Source of the DNA: an uncultured Clostridia bacterium
Lineage (GTDB): Bacteria > Bacillota > Clostridia > Christensenellales > Aristaeellaceae
Reading direction: 5' to 3'
DNA: 64,000 nt
Assembly (NCBI GenBank): GCA_934631985.1
Contig: CAKTYE010000001.1
Coordinates: 7,250-71,249, forward strand
How positions within the stretch are numbered: position 1 is the first letter of the stretch; the number at the start of each line of letters is the position of its first letter. Positions 34,050-43,238 of this stretch are shown here, piece by piece. A program made the position numbers and the translations under genes. Below the pieces are notes generated by a model. That model was not told the DNA's origin, did no database searches, and saw only the letters and a program-made list of their open reading frames with translations.

Positions 34050-35138
34050 CTACGGATTGACTTTTGCTAAATCCTTTATTGGTACAAAGCCGCGAATCGT
34101 GTCTCCATCAATCGTCACCTCAACATAAACATAGCTTCCATCAAATCCGCTCAGGCCTAGCAACTGTGTGCCAGAGGGAAGCTTTCTATCGCAGTGCTGA
34201 GAGAAAACCGGATCGTCAGTTAAAAATGTATCTGTGCTTGCAATGAACGGAACAGCGTCAAAATGGCAGACACTGATTTGCAATTCTCTTTTTGTCAATG
34301 AAAATGCTTTGCTTGTAATGTAGCCAAAATACGCTTGCTTGAACCCATCCTGATAGCCGATGAAATACCATCCATCTATATTTCCGTAAAATGAGAAGGT
34401 CTCATTCTGAAAGAGAGCGGACGTATCCACAACTGCCTTGCTATTTGGCGCAGCATAAACCTTTATGCTTCTTGGCAGTAATCCAACACGAATATGATCT
34501 TGCCCAAAATGATTTTCATTTAGTGCATCAAAGATAATATTTCTTTTTTTAACTGCTTCAATATTTTTAGGAAACAATAAAGGATTGCATCTCATCCATG
34601 TAATTCGATCATATGTATTGAGCTTCCAATAGGTAGAGGTATCCGCAGCATTAAACCACAATCCCGCCTCATTTCTTTCTCCAGTGGCGACGCAATGGTA
34701 TCCCTCTCTCTCAAATTCTGCGCGATATAATCTTGTGAAATTCTCCGTACCCCCGGCGTAATAGAAGTAGCGTTCTCCTGGCCAGCTCATTTCAAAACGT
34801 TCGGCATCTGTTTTTCGAATTTGTAATGCCTTATTTTGTTCCTTTTCTGGATACAAACCTTTCCGCGTGTATCCAATAAGTTTCCAATTGCTTTCAATTT
34901 CTTTAGCGACAAAAAGGACGTGGCAATCTTCTGTTTCTAGAACGAAGACCGCCACTTCTGTCGGATGACCAGCAAGCGTATCTTCATCAGCGGTCAGTAC
35001 GGTAAAATTATCAAATTGACCAGTTTCATGGACGAGCCTTTGCAGTTCTTTGGTAAGTACAACCTGTTGATCTTCTGCGAAAGCACCAAAAGACGCAAGA
35101 AGCAGCAGTATAATACAATGAATGATACACTTTTTCAT
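34050..35138 (-). CDS. Secreted protein of unknown function (low-GC gene)
   Basis: 362 aa from the ATG at 35138. Signal peptide MKKCIIHCIILLLLASFGAFA. The C-terminal ~60 aa resemble a bacterial SH3-like module (YVYVEV.IDGDTIRGFVP). Confidence 0.6.
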   Translation of the reverse strand: MKKCIIHCIILLLLASFGAFAEDQQVVLTKELQRLVHETGQFDNFTVLTADEDTLAGHPTEVAVFVLETEDCHVLFVAKEIESNWKLIGYTRKGLYPEKEQNKALQIRKTDAERFEMSWPGERYFYYAGGTENFTRLYRAEFEREGYHCVATGERNEAGLWFNAADTSTYWKLNTYDRITWMRCNPLLFPKNIEAVKKRNIIFDALNENHFGQDHIRVGLLPRSIKVYAAPNSKAVVDTSALFQNETFSFYGNIDGWYFIGYQDGFKQAYFGYITSKAFSLTKRELQISVCHFDAVPFIASTDTFLTDDPVFSQHCDRKLPSGTQLLGLSGFDGSYVYVEVTIDGDTIRGFVPIKDLAKVNP

Positions 35139-35307
35139 ATGCAAAAAACTCCTTTCAGGTTGCTGCGTCATCATGTCAAAGCTCAGCACCTCATGAGCTT
35201 AATTCCTTGTATTTTCGGCGTATAGAGGCTCTCCAGTTGCTGCACTTCGCGACTGATAAATCCTCTATCTCCTGCTGAAGCATCCAATAATCCCATTCAT
35301 CATCCAC

Positions 35308-36741
35308 TTACCTAATCCCCAACTCTTCCATCCTCTCCACCCGTGCATTTTCATCATCCAGCACCAAAACCTTCACGCCCCAGCCGATATGCGTCCAGAC
35401 CCAGTAGGCATTCAGGTTATATTCCTCATCGGTACGGTAGTCCATGCGCACACAGCCTGCGGAGGCCTTCTGGCCCAGGGTGGCTAGCTGCGGAGCAAAG
35501 CCGCCGTCCTTGGGCGGAACATAGCCCACCTGATGCAGCAGATTGCCGCCGTCAATGCGGATAGGATAATCATAATACGCGCCGTGGCTTTCGAAGGTGA
35601 TCATGCGGTCCGTGGTAAGAAAAGCCCCCGCCCGTGTCTCCCGGGAGAGATTGCTGCGTTCCATCAGGCCGGTGCTGATGCGCATTTTGCCCAGCAGCCG
35701 CCCGTATTCATACACGCGCAGCTCCTGATTGGGCTTGTCTACCACAATGCCGTAATGCTCGAAGGGGCGGACGACCTTCAGTACATTTGTAGGAACGTAG
35801 CCCTCGATCCATGCGCCGTCCTCATGCCGCCACACGCCCACTCGGGTGAACTTCTTCCCAACATCAAATACCTGCAAGCCCTGCGACTGCCCGTGTACCC
35901 GCCCCAGCACCGTGCTGCGCTCGGATGGTTCCGCGTAAATTTTCTGATGCGCGGTTGCGTCGATGTCCACCACGGTCAGCGGCTCACAGAACTTTTCCAG
36001 CAGCTCGTCCGGGTCATCCGTTGCGGGAAGCAGTGTACTATTCACCCGCAACGCTTCCTCGGGCGGTGCGCCTGCTTCCACATGCAGGGTGAAGGTAATG
36101 GCCTGCTCCGGCTGCGCTTTCAGATATACCCTGCACCAGTAGTCTCCGGGCTGGATGCGCTTTTTTCCCACCGTGCCGTCCCAGGTGAATGTGAACATGC
36201 TCTTGCCTGAAAAGCTGCGGGTCAGCTTCGCCGCAGGCAGCGTCATGGCTTCGTCTGCAAAAAGCTCCAGTACGGCGGGGCCGCCGCCTGTTGCGCCGCA
36301 GTCCACCTTCCAGCGCTCCTTCTGCTCCAGATAGTAGGTGTCGCTGCGCGGCAGGGCATATTCCAGCTTATCGGCAGGCGTACCCATTTTGACTGTGGTC
36401 TGCGTGGTATAGCTTTTGCCCGCAGCTGTGGTCAACTTTGCTGTGAAAGTGCAGTTTCCCGCCTTCAGCGGCATGCCCTCATAGGACGTTGCGTCATAGG
36501 AAACGGTCACGCTGCCTGCACGGACGGGTAATTCCCGCAGCAGGGGCTTATGCTCCCCATAGCTGTCCCGCACCGTAATGGTCAGCTTTCCCGCCGCAGG
36601 AAGCGTCAGGGTCAGCTTGGAGGACTGAAAGGGATGTAGCTTAGCAGGTGCGGTCAGCGTCATTTCTTCAGCCCCGGCCCAGGCACACCACAGCACCAGC
36701 AGCAGGGTCAGCAGCCCCGCAATCCAGCCCCTCTTTTGCAT
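35308..36741 (-). CDS. L,D-transpeptidase (YkuD-domain) protein, secreted
   Basis: 477 aa from the ATG at 36741, with GGGAGGAAACGAAC upstream. Signal peptide. YkuD catalytic motif H.....G..AS.GCVRM near the C-terminus. Confidence 0.85.
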   Translation of the reverse strand: MQKRGWIAGLLTLLLVLWCAWAGAEEMTLTAPAKLHPFQSSKLTLTLPAAGKLTITVRDSYGEHKPLLRELPVRAGSVTVSYDATSYEGMPLKAGNCTFTAKLTTAAGKSYTTQTTVKMGTPADKLEYALPRSDTYYLEQKERWKVDCGATGGGPAVLELFADEAMTLPAAKLTRSFSGKSMFTFTWDGTVGKKRIQPGDYWCRVYLKAQPEQAITFTLHVEAGAPPEEALRVNSTLLPATDDPDELLEKFCEPLTVVDIDATAHQKIYAEPSERSTVLGRVHGQSQGLQVFDVGKKFTRVGVWRHEDGAWIEGYVPTNVLKVVRPFEHYGIVVDKPNQELRVYEYGRLLGKMRISTGLMERSNLSRETRAGAFLTTDRMITFESHGAYYDYPIRIDGGNLLHQVGYVPPKDGGFAPQLATLGQKASAGCVRMDYRTDEEYNLNAYWVWTHIGWGVKVLVLDDENARVERMEELGIR

Positions 36742-36810
36742 GTTCGTTTCCTCCCACATGTCTCTTTTGCTATTAGACGCTTAAACGGCGGCTTTTGTTC
36801 GCTGTGTCCC

Positions 36811-36843
36811 CAAAAAAGAAGACGCACCCGGTATGGATGCGCC
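36811..36843 (-). terminator. Intrinsic terminator downstream of the FMN-bind gene
   Basis: Minus-strand 9-bp stem with 2 G-U pairs (GGCGCATCC/GGGTGCGTC), followed by TTCTTTTTTGG. Confidence 0.55.
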
Positions 36844-36862
36844 CCCTGTAGGTTCGAAAGGC

Positions 36863-37963
36863 TTACTTCAGGCTGTTCAGAGCGTCCACCACGGCCTGGG
36901 AGGTGATGGTCGCGCTGCTGAGCGCGTCCACGTCCGTACCCATTTCCAGCGGCAGGCTCTTGCCGATGAACTGCTTCAGGAAATCCTCGTCCTCGGAGCA
37001 GCGCTGACCGAAGCCGGGGGTCTGGGTAGAGGTATCGACTTCCAGCGCGGTGATGACGCCGTTTTCAAGCGTTACCTTTACCGTCACTTCGCCGCCGCAA
37101 AAGCCCTCGGCTGTTGCGGTCTTTTCTTCCGTGGCAGGCGCGGCAGCAGGCTCCGTATCCGCAGCAGGCTGGTTTGCCGCTTCAAGCTGCTTGTTCAGTT
37201 CCTCGATACTGGCGTTCAGCTCGGTGATTTTCGCTTCCAAGGCTTCCTTTTCGGTGGTCACAGTATCCAGCTTGGTCTGCAGCTCGGTGACCTGAGCCTT
37301 CAGCGTCTCGTTTTCTGTGGTCAGTGTGGCCTGCGCATCGGTGTGCGTGCTCGTCTGCGTTGTCATTTCCGCGTTCAGCGTATCGATCTGTTGGGCCAGC
37401 GCGGTCTTTTCCTCATTCAAGGTCGCCAGCTGCGTGGTCAGCTCGGTCTTTTCGCCCTCCAGTGCTGTCACCTTGTCAGACAGCTCCAGCACCTTCGCTT
37501 CGGCAGCTTCCTGATCAGCCTTCGCCTGCGCCAGACTGGTTTCCAGTGCGGCCTTTTCCTCGGTCAGCGCAGCAATGGAGGTGTTCGCAGCCTCCAGCTC
37601 CTGCGCAGCGGCGTCCTTCGCTGTGTTCGCGTCTGCGATGCTCTGCGCTGCCGCTTCGTTGTTCTTGGTCAGCTCATTGACCTGATCTTCCAGCTCCGCC
37701 TTGCGGGTGGTCGCTTCGTCCAGGCTGACCTGGGCTTCCTTCAGGGCGGTCTCGGTCTCGGTCAGCTTGCCTTGCAATTCCGTCTTTTCTGCGTCCGTTG
37801 CCTTCCAGGCGTCCTGACTGGCTGCCAGCTCGGTGGTCAGCTGATCCACCTGACCGGAAAGGTTGTTGCGCTGCACCGCCATGACAACGACAAGCACTGC
37901 CGCCAGCACGAAAACAATGCAGAGGATGATGAGCGATGTGTTCTTTTTCCTAGCTTCCGACAT
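36863..37963 (-). CDS. Membrane-anchored coiled-coil protein with a C-terminal FMN-binding (FMN_bind) domain
   Basis: 366 aa. AAGGAGGG RBS and an N-terminal TM segment. About 250 aa of heptad-rich E/K/T/A/L sequence follow. The C-terminal domain carries the flavinylation-type motif SSATITS. Confidence 0.75.
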   Translation of the reverse strand: MSEARKKNTSLIILCIVFVLAAVLVVVMAVQRNNLSGQVDQLTTELAASQDAWKATDAEKTELQGKLTETETALKEAQVSLDEATTRKAELEDQVNELTKNNEAAAQSIADANTAKDAAAQELEAANTSIAALTEEKAALETSLAQAKADQEAAEAKVLELSDKVTALEGEKTELTTQLATLNEEKTALAQQIDTLNAEMTTQTSTHTDAQATLTTENETLKAQVTELQTKLDTVTTEKEALEAKITELNASIEELNKQLEAANQPAADTEPAAAPATEEKTATAEGFCGGEVTVKVTLENGVITALEVDTSTQTPGFGQRCSEDEDFLKQFIGKSLPLEMGTDVDALSSATITSQAVVDALNSLK

Positions 37964-38027
37964 GGGTACGTCCCTCCTTGTGCCGATTTGGTTTTATTGC
38001 AAGCGCTTCTCCTGCGCTTGGGTACCT

Positions 38028-38495
38028 TTATTTTGCCGATGGCATCGCTTCCAGCTCCATCCGCAGCGATGCAATCTCCGCTTCCAGCGCGGCCTGGGCT
38101 GCCTGTGCTTCCCGCAGCGCTTCCTCCGTCTGGGACAATTCGGCCTGCGCCGTTTCCAATTCCGTATTCAGTGCGTCACGCTGCTCGCGCAGCTCCTTGC
38201 GCTGGGTCTTCAAGTCTGCGACCTGGGCGGTCATCGCATCAGTCTGCGGCTGAAGCGCTTCCAGCTCCGCCTGTGCCTGCGGAAGCGCTGCCGCAACCTG
38301 ATCGTATTCATACTGCTGCTTTTTCTCCCGCTGTCTGCTGGTATCCAGGCTGACGGCAATGTCCTCGGTCTGAAAGCGCAGCGCCTCTACGGTCCATACA
38401 TGCCAGGCCATAAAGCCGCAGAAGGCCAGCATTCCTCCAATAAACACCCAGCAAAGGAGCCTTTCCAGCCTTGACGAACGCCCGGAATGCTGCAA
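38028..38495 (-). CDS. Membrane-anchored coiled-coil protein
   Basis: About 155 aa. The proposed start is TTG at 38495, with AGAGGTG 8 nt upstream. TM segment LLCWVFIGGMLAFCGFMAW, then coiled coil (AQAELEALQPQ...). The start is uncertain. Confidence 0.5.
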   Translation of the reverse strand: MQHSGRSSRLERLLCWVFIGGMLAFCGFMAWHVWTVEALRFQTEDIAVSLDTSRQREKKQQYEYDQVAAALPQAQAELEALQPQTDAMTAQVADLKTQRKELREQRDALNTELETAQAELSQTEEALREAQAAQAALEAEIASLRMELEAMPSAK

Positions 38496-38736
38496 CCTGA
38501 CTGCACCTCTTTCCTCTTTTGAATCATTGTACCATACAAAATGGGAAAAGAAAAGGGATTTTCCAGCATCTGCAAGGAAAAACACCGTCGCCGTGTTCCA
38601 AGCTATGCGCCTGCGCCGCAATTCATGTCCACGGGTGCATGGAAGTTCTTTCCCCGCAGCAGGAAAACGGCGCTGCGAGTCGAATAAAGGGGAAGGAAAT
38701 CCTATGTGTACGCTGTTATTTGAAAGGAGCTATCCT

Positions 38737-39549
38737 GTGTCTGATCAAAAGAACCCGATGATGAAGCGGAACCTGCTGATCCTTGGCGTGACCCTGCTGG
38801 TCATTGTCCTTGTCGCCGTGCTGGCAGCCGTACTGCCCCAGCAGCGCAAGGTTTCCGCCGACGCCCCTGTTCTTTCCCCTGATGCGGTTGAGACGGAGGC
38901 TGCAACCACTGCTGCGGTCTCTCCCGAAGCGGTTGTGAGTGAGGCCCCCACGGCAGAAGCGACCGTTGAAGCCACGGCTGTACCCGAAGCTACGGACACC
39001 GCTGAGCCGGAGGAGACAGTCTCTCCTTCCGCGTCCCCCGAGGCTGAGACCGCTGCGACTGAAACGCCCGTCACCGAGGCGGATGTGCAGGCCATGGATG
39101 CCGCGCAGGGTGGCGTTCCTGTGGATACCGCAACGCCTACCGATATGGCGACGGACACGGACATGGCTACAAACACGGATCTGGCAACCGGTACAGATCT
39201 GGCAACGACTACCGACCTCGACGAGGAGGAAGTGGAAGCCTATCTGCTGGTCGCTGTGGGCGAGATCATTTATCAGCCTATTCCGCTGACCGGCGAGAAG
39301 GATTATACTCTGACCAACAAGCTCACCGGCGCAGAGAACCGCATTCATGTGACCCATGACAGCATCGTCATGTCTGAATCCAACTGCGATGGCCAGGACT
39401 GCCTGGATCAGGGCGAGGTGACGCTGAGCAACCGCAGCGAGCGTCTGCTGGGCAACATGATCATTTGCCTGCCCCATAACATTACGCTGGAGTTGCTGAC
39501 CCCCGCCGAGGCGGAAGCGGTCATCGAGCAGTACAGCGCCGCGCAGTAA
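38737..39549 (+). CDS. NusG domain II (NusG_II)-containing membrane-anchored protein
   Basis: About 270 aa from the GTG at 38737, with AAAGGAG 7 nt upstream. A TM segment is followed by a low-complexity A/T/E/P linker. The C-terminal domain (I..PL.GE.DY.L.......N.I.V...S.VM.ES.C..QDC...G....) is typical of NusG_II. Confidence 0.7.
   Translation: MSDQKNPMMKRNLLILGVTLLVIVLVAVLAAVLPQQRKVSADAPVLSPDAVETEAATTAAVSPEAVVSEAPTAEATVEATAVPEATDTAEPEETVSPSASPEAETAATETPVTEADVQAMDAAQGGVPVDTATPTDMATDTDMATNTDLATGTDLATTTDLDEEEVEAYLLVAVGEIIYQPIPLTGEKDYTLTNKLTGAENRIHVTHDSIVMSESNCDGQDCLDQGEVTLSNRSERLLGNMIICLPHNITLELLTPAEAEAVIEQYSAAQ
39139..39228 (+). repeat. In-frame 18-nt tandem repeat, 5 units, encoding TD(M/L)AT(x)
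   Basis: Encodes TDMATD TDMATN TDLATG TDLATT TDLDEE, read directly from the sequence. Confidence 0.8.
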
Positions 39550-39564
39550 GGACGGAGGAACGTC

Positions 39565-40077
39565 ATGGCAAAGAATGCCCGCAAGCAGACGGAGCGCATT
39601 GCGCTGTGCGGTCTGCTGGTCAGCCTGATGCTGGTGCTTGGCTATGTGGAAAGCCTGATCCCGGTTGCCGTGGGCATTCCGGGCATCAAGCTGGGACTGA
39701 GCAACGGTGTGCTGCTTTTCGCGATCTATTTGCTGGACATTCCCACGGCCTTTGTGCTGATGGCGCTGAAGGTGGTGCTGTCCGGGCTGCTGTTTGGCGG
39801 CGTAAGCGCCATGATGTACGCCTTTGCAGGCGGTCTGGTCAGCATGATCTGTATGTCGCTGCTCAGCCGCATGAAGGGCGTGCATCCCATCACGGTCAGC
39901 ATGGTAGGCGGTGTAGCGCACAACGTAGGTCAGGTCGGGCTGGCAATGATTATGCTGAACACGCCCCGGCTGATGTATTATATGGTGATCCTGATGCTGG
40001 TAGGTCTGGCGACCGGCGCGGTCACGGGCGTTGCGGCCTCCAGCGTGCTGAAGCACTTGAAGAAGCTCAAAAAATAA
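39565..40077 (+). CDS. Gx transporter family protein (Hpt / heptaprenyl diphosphate synthase component I-like)
   Basis: 170 aa with 5 predicted TM segments. Family-typical PG.KLGL.N.....A.Y.L and GGV.HN.GQ motifs. Confidence 0.8.
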   Translation: MAKNARKQTERIALCGLLVSLMLVLGYVESLIPVAVGIPGIKLGLSNGVLLFAIYLLDIPTAFVLMALKVVLSGLLFGGVSAMMYAFAGGLVSMICMSLLSRMKGVHPITVSMVGGVAHNVGQVGLAMIMLNTPRLMYYMVILMLVGLATGAVTGVAASSVLKHLKKLKK

Positions 40078-40090
40078 GGAATCGCATTGC

Positions 40091-40121
40091 AAAAAGCGAG
40101 GGGCAAATCCCTCGCTTTTTA
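40091..40121. terminator. Bidirectional intrinsic terminator
   Basis: AAAAA, then GCGAGGG, 6-nt loop, CCCTCGC, then TTTTT. Confidence 0.75.
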
Positions 40122-40211
40122 TCATCATCGGCGTGATGCTGTTTTTCAATTTTTTACATTGACATGCCATGCCTGCGGGTGTATCATAACGGGGCAGAGG
40201 GTTTTTAGTGG

Positions 40212-40349
40212 TTAGCCCTTGTGAGCTTCACCGTCCTCGATGCTGTCATCATCGTGGGCGGTTACTTCTTTTTCCAGGGCTTTGAACGTGTGCAGCAGCG
40301 TTCCCGCTGCAAACATCACGCCCAGCGCAAGTAAAAGAATCTCCGGCAT
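40212..40349 (-). CDS. Small membrane protein (45 aa), hypothetical
   Basis: Strong RBS GGAAGGAGGTGAGGCCC precedes the ATG. Sequence is MPEILLLALGVMFAAGTLLHTF plus an acidic tail. I recognise no family. Confidence 0.4.
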   Translation of the reverse strand: MPEILLLALGVMFAAGTLLHTFKALEKEVTAHDDDSIEDGEAHKG

Positions 40350-40756
40350 GGGCCTCACCTCCTTCCCGCGTCTGTCCGACGCTGGCTGCTTGGTGTCGCC
40401 CTCTGCCCCGGCATGCTGTGCACATGCAGGAAGTATTACATCATGTTTTGTGTTGGCCGTTAAGCGCAAAATGTTAAAAAGCGGGGGAGATCCTGTAGGC
40501 GTGTCAAACATACGGTCATTGGAAGCACACTGGTACACTGCCAACTGCTTCTGACCGTCCTCTAAAGCGTATAGGCGCATGCGCTTGTAAAATCGCAGCT
40601 CATCAATTCAGTGCTGGCGTTCCACCTTTCTTACCACGTCTGGATTCTCTTTCCTTTGTCTCCGTGTTTCCTATATAAATTGTAGCTTAATAAAATAATG
40701 CGTTATTTCCAGCGCCAGAAAAGGCGCATTCGTATTAGAAAAATTTGCAAAGCCGG

Positions 40757-40786
40757 TTGACAACCAGCTGCCCATGCGTTTATCAT
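40757..40786 (+). promoter_or_regulatory. Promoter candidate
   Basis: TTGACA, 18-nt spacer, TATCAT. Confidence 0.45.
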
Positions 40787-40824
40787 AATAGAAAAACTTC
40801 CATCACAGAAAGGAGCGATACGCA

Positions 40825-41364
40825 ATGAAAAGAACCATGCGAACAGTCATGCTGGCACTGATTCTGGGGTTGCTGGCAGTGAGCGCTGCATTTGCCGAGG
40901 ACACAGCGGCACCTTTGGACTTCACGACCTATACGGATGCAAACGGCACGGTATATGACCATTTTGTGGTGATACGCCTGAACTGCGGAGAAGACCGTCA
41001 GGTACAGTCTGTGACGGGCTATTACGAGCGCACGATTCAGGGGGAGGAATGCGAGGAGCCGGAGGCAGCGCCAGACTCCTACCAAACCTATCCCTTGGCG
41101 CAGGACTTTACCGCAAGCATGATCGCGGATGTGTATGATGAGGACGCGGGCTATGTTACGGTGACCGACCTGTATCAGTGGTATATTGACGCATATCTCA
41201 ATCGGGATAATTACGACGGGCATGCGCTGGTGTTTAGCTGTGACCTGACGGATGAAGAAATGGAAACCTTTTCTCCGGATTTCTGGGCGGTGACCACCTG
41301 CATCAGACTGAACGCACAGGGCGAGGTGCTGTTCATGCGTTATGTGCATGTGCCGTGGGAGTAA
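40825..41364 (+). CDS. Secreted protein of unknown function
   Basis: 179 aa. AAAGGAG RBS. Signal peptide MKRTMRTVMLALILGLLAVSAAFA. Confidence 0.6.
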   Translation: MKRTMRTVMLALILGLLAVSAAFAEDTAAPLDFTTYTDANGTVYDHFVVIRLNCGEDRQVQSVTGYYERTIQGEECEEPEAAPDSYQTYPLAQDFTASMIADVYDEDAGYVTVTDLYQWYIDAYLNRDNYDGHALVFSCDLTDEEMETFSPDFWAVTTCIRLNAQGEVLFMRYVHVPWE

Positions 41365-41367
41365 AGC

Positions 41368-41404
41368 AAGCGCACAGGAGCAATGTCCTGTGCGCTTACT
41401 TTAT
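41368..41404. terminator. 12-bp perfect hairpin between convergent genes
   Basis: AAGCGCACAGGA pairs with TCCTGTGCGCTT across a 6-nt loop. The U-tracts on both sides are weak. Confidence 0.5.
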
Positions 41405-41410
41405 ATAGGC

Positions 41411-43039
41411 CTACAGTTTTCTGTATTCAGCCAGACAGGCAGCATATTCCGCTTCCAGGGCTTCTTTTTCCTTTGTGGGCGCGATGGAGATGCGCCCGAT
41501 CAGCTCCGTCATGCGCATTTGCAGGGCGCTGCGGCGCAGGGCTGTTTCCTCGGGATGGGCGGCCTGTTGCTGCGCTTCCTCCCATTGAGTCAGCGTCCCG
41601 GGAAACTCCGTGACCTTGCCTGCGTCCATCAGCCAAAGCTGTGTGGCAACATGGCGGACGAACGCCGCATCGTGGCTTACCAGCAGCACCGTGCCGGGAT
41701 ATTCCCGCAGCACCGTTTCCAACGCTTGCAGGGAGGGCAGGTCCAGGTAGTTGGTCGGCTCGTCCAGCACCAGCACATTGCAGTCGGACAGGATGAGCTG
41801 ACACAGGCACAGCTTGAGCTTTTCGCCGCCGGAAAGCCGCTGTGCAGGCTGTTCCCAGGTCTCGCGGGGCAGCAGCATGCGCGTCAGCACCGTGCGCAGC
41901 ACATCCTCCCGCTGCACACAGTGCCGCCGGGCATTCGCAAGAACGGTTGCACTGCCGTCCAGGCAGGATAGGTCCTGCTGCAAAAAGCCGATGCGGGCCT
42001 GCGGGGAGCGTACAACCCCCGGTGCGTCGGCGGCAAGCTGCGTCAGCAGCGTTGTTTTGCCGCAACCGTTTGCGCCCAGCAGGGCGGTCTTTTCACCATT
42101 CAGCAGCGTGGCGCGAACGTCCTGCAAAACGGTCCTGCCGCCGGGATAGGCATAGCGCACGTCGCGCAGCTGCACCACGCTGCGGGCGCGGGGCGGATCC
42201 GTCAGGGAAAAGTCCAACTGCATGGCGGGCAGCGCTTGAACGCGCTCCACAACCTCCAGCTTTTCCAGCCGGGTCTCCACGGATTTGCGACGCTGATCCA
42301 GCCGCTTTCGCGCACCCTGACCGCCCATCTTGTGCAGCCGCGCCTCGCTGTTGCCCATGCGCTTGGGTGTGGTGCGGACGCTCTCGCTGTCCTGCTGCAG
42401 GGAGCGTACGCTTTCCGTCAGACGGCGCTTTTCGGCAAGGTAAGCCTCCCGGGCATGACGCTGGGCCGTTTCCTCTCGGGTACGGGCGGCTTCAAAGGCA
42501 GTGTAATTGCCGTTATAGACCTGCACAGTCCCTTTGGAGAGATACCAGATATGATTGCAGACCTGATCCAGCAGGGCGCGGTCATGGCTGATGAGCAGAA
42601 ACGTTTCCTGCTGGGCCAGCTTTTCGGCGAACAGGGCCTGCCCTGCGGCGTCTAGATTAGCGGTAGGTTCATCCAGCATCAGCAGCGGCCCGCCGAAGCG
42701 CACACGGCTCAGCCGCAGCCGCGCCAGCTCGCCGCCGGAGCAGCCCTCCTCTGCACGCAGCCGACGCACACCGAAGCGACTGGAGACTGCATCATCCACG
42801 CGGCCTTCGCCAAGGCCAAACTGCGGCGCATAATCCGGGACGCAGTGCCGCTGCACCGCCCCGCTGTCCGGGGCGCGAACGCCCGCCAACAGCTGCATCA
42901 GCGTGGATTTTCCGCAGCCGTTTGCACCCACCAGCCCAATGCGGTCGCCTGCCGCAATGGTCAAACGTGCAAGGGTAAACAGTGTCCGATCTCCAAAGGC
43001 AACGGATACATGCTGTGCTTCCAACAGCAATTCATTCAT
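41411..43039 (-). CDS. ABC-F family ATPase (two NBDs, no TM domain), possibly an antibiotic-resistance (ARE) type
   Basis: 542 aa. Walker A motifs GANGCGKST (twice) and signatures CSGGELAR / LSGGEKLK. A ~85-aa charged interdomain linker contains RMGNSEARLHK. GGAAGGAG RBS. Confidence 0.85.
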   Translation of the reverse strand: MNELLLEAQHVSVAFGDRTLFTLARLTIAAGDRIGLVGANGCGKSTLMQLLAGVRAPDSGAVQRHCVPDYAPQFGLGEGRVDDAVSSRFGVRRLRAEEGCSGGELARLRLSRVRFGGPLLMLDEPTANLDAAGQALFAEKLAQQETFLLISHDRALLDQVCNHIWYLSKGTVQVYNGNYTAFEAARTREETAQRHAREAYLAEKRRLTESVRSLQQDSESVRTTPKRMGNSEARLHKMGGQGARKRLDQRRKSVETRLEKLEVVERVQALPAMQLDFSLTDPPRARSVVQLRDVRYAYPGGRTVLQDVRATLLNGEKTALLGANGCGKTTLLTQLAADAPGVVRSPQARIGFLQQDLSCLDGSATVLANARRHCVQREDVLRTVLTRMLLPRETWEQPAQRLSGGEKLKLCLCQLILSDCNVLVLDEPTNYLDLPSLQALETVLREYPGTVLLVSHDAAFVRHVATQLWLMDAGKVTEFPGTLTQWEEAQQQAAHPEETALRRSALQMRMTELIGRISIAPTKEKEALEAEYAACLAEYRKL

Positions 43040-43238
43040 TTTTCAGACTCCTTCCGGGCGCGGGGAGACGGAAAAAGGCATACAAAAAAGCAAGGCTCTC
43101 GCAGACCCTCCGCAAGTCCTCGCGCCAAAGCAACGGAAAACAGACGGCCTTTACCGTCTCGAGCTTCCGCAGTTCAACGCAGCGACTTACAGCATAAGCA
43201 TCAGCGAGTTACCTTGCCCTTTCTTCTTTGATGAGGGT
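43040..43238 (-). promoter_or_regulatory. About 190-nt 5' leader of the ABC-F gene with a mini-ORF and hairpin (candidate attenuator)
   Basis: Mini-ORF ATG CTT ATG CTG TAA (MLML) at 43201-43187. Hairpin AGACGG/CCGTCT at 43142-43159 is followed by GTTTTCC. A U6 run lies at 43084-43089 on the minus strand. Confidence 0.4.

Noticed and set aside
40350-40580. 122-aa minus-strand ORF extending upstream of the 45-aa membrane peptide
   Set aside because: The upstream 77 codons have no RBS and look non-coding. A very strong SD (GGAAGGAGGTGA) sits immediately before the internal ATG at 40349, so only the 45-aa product is proposed, and even that at low confidence.
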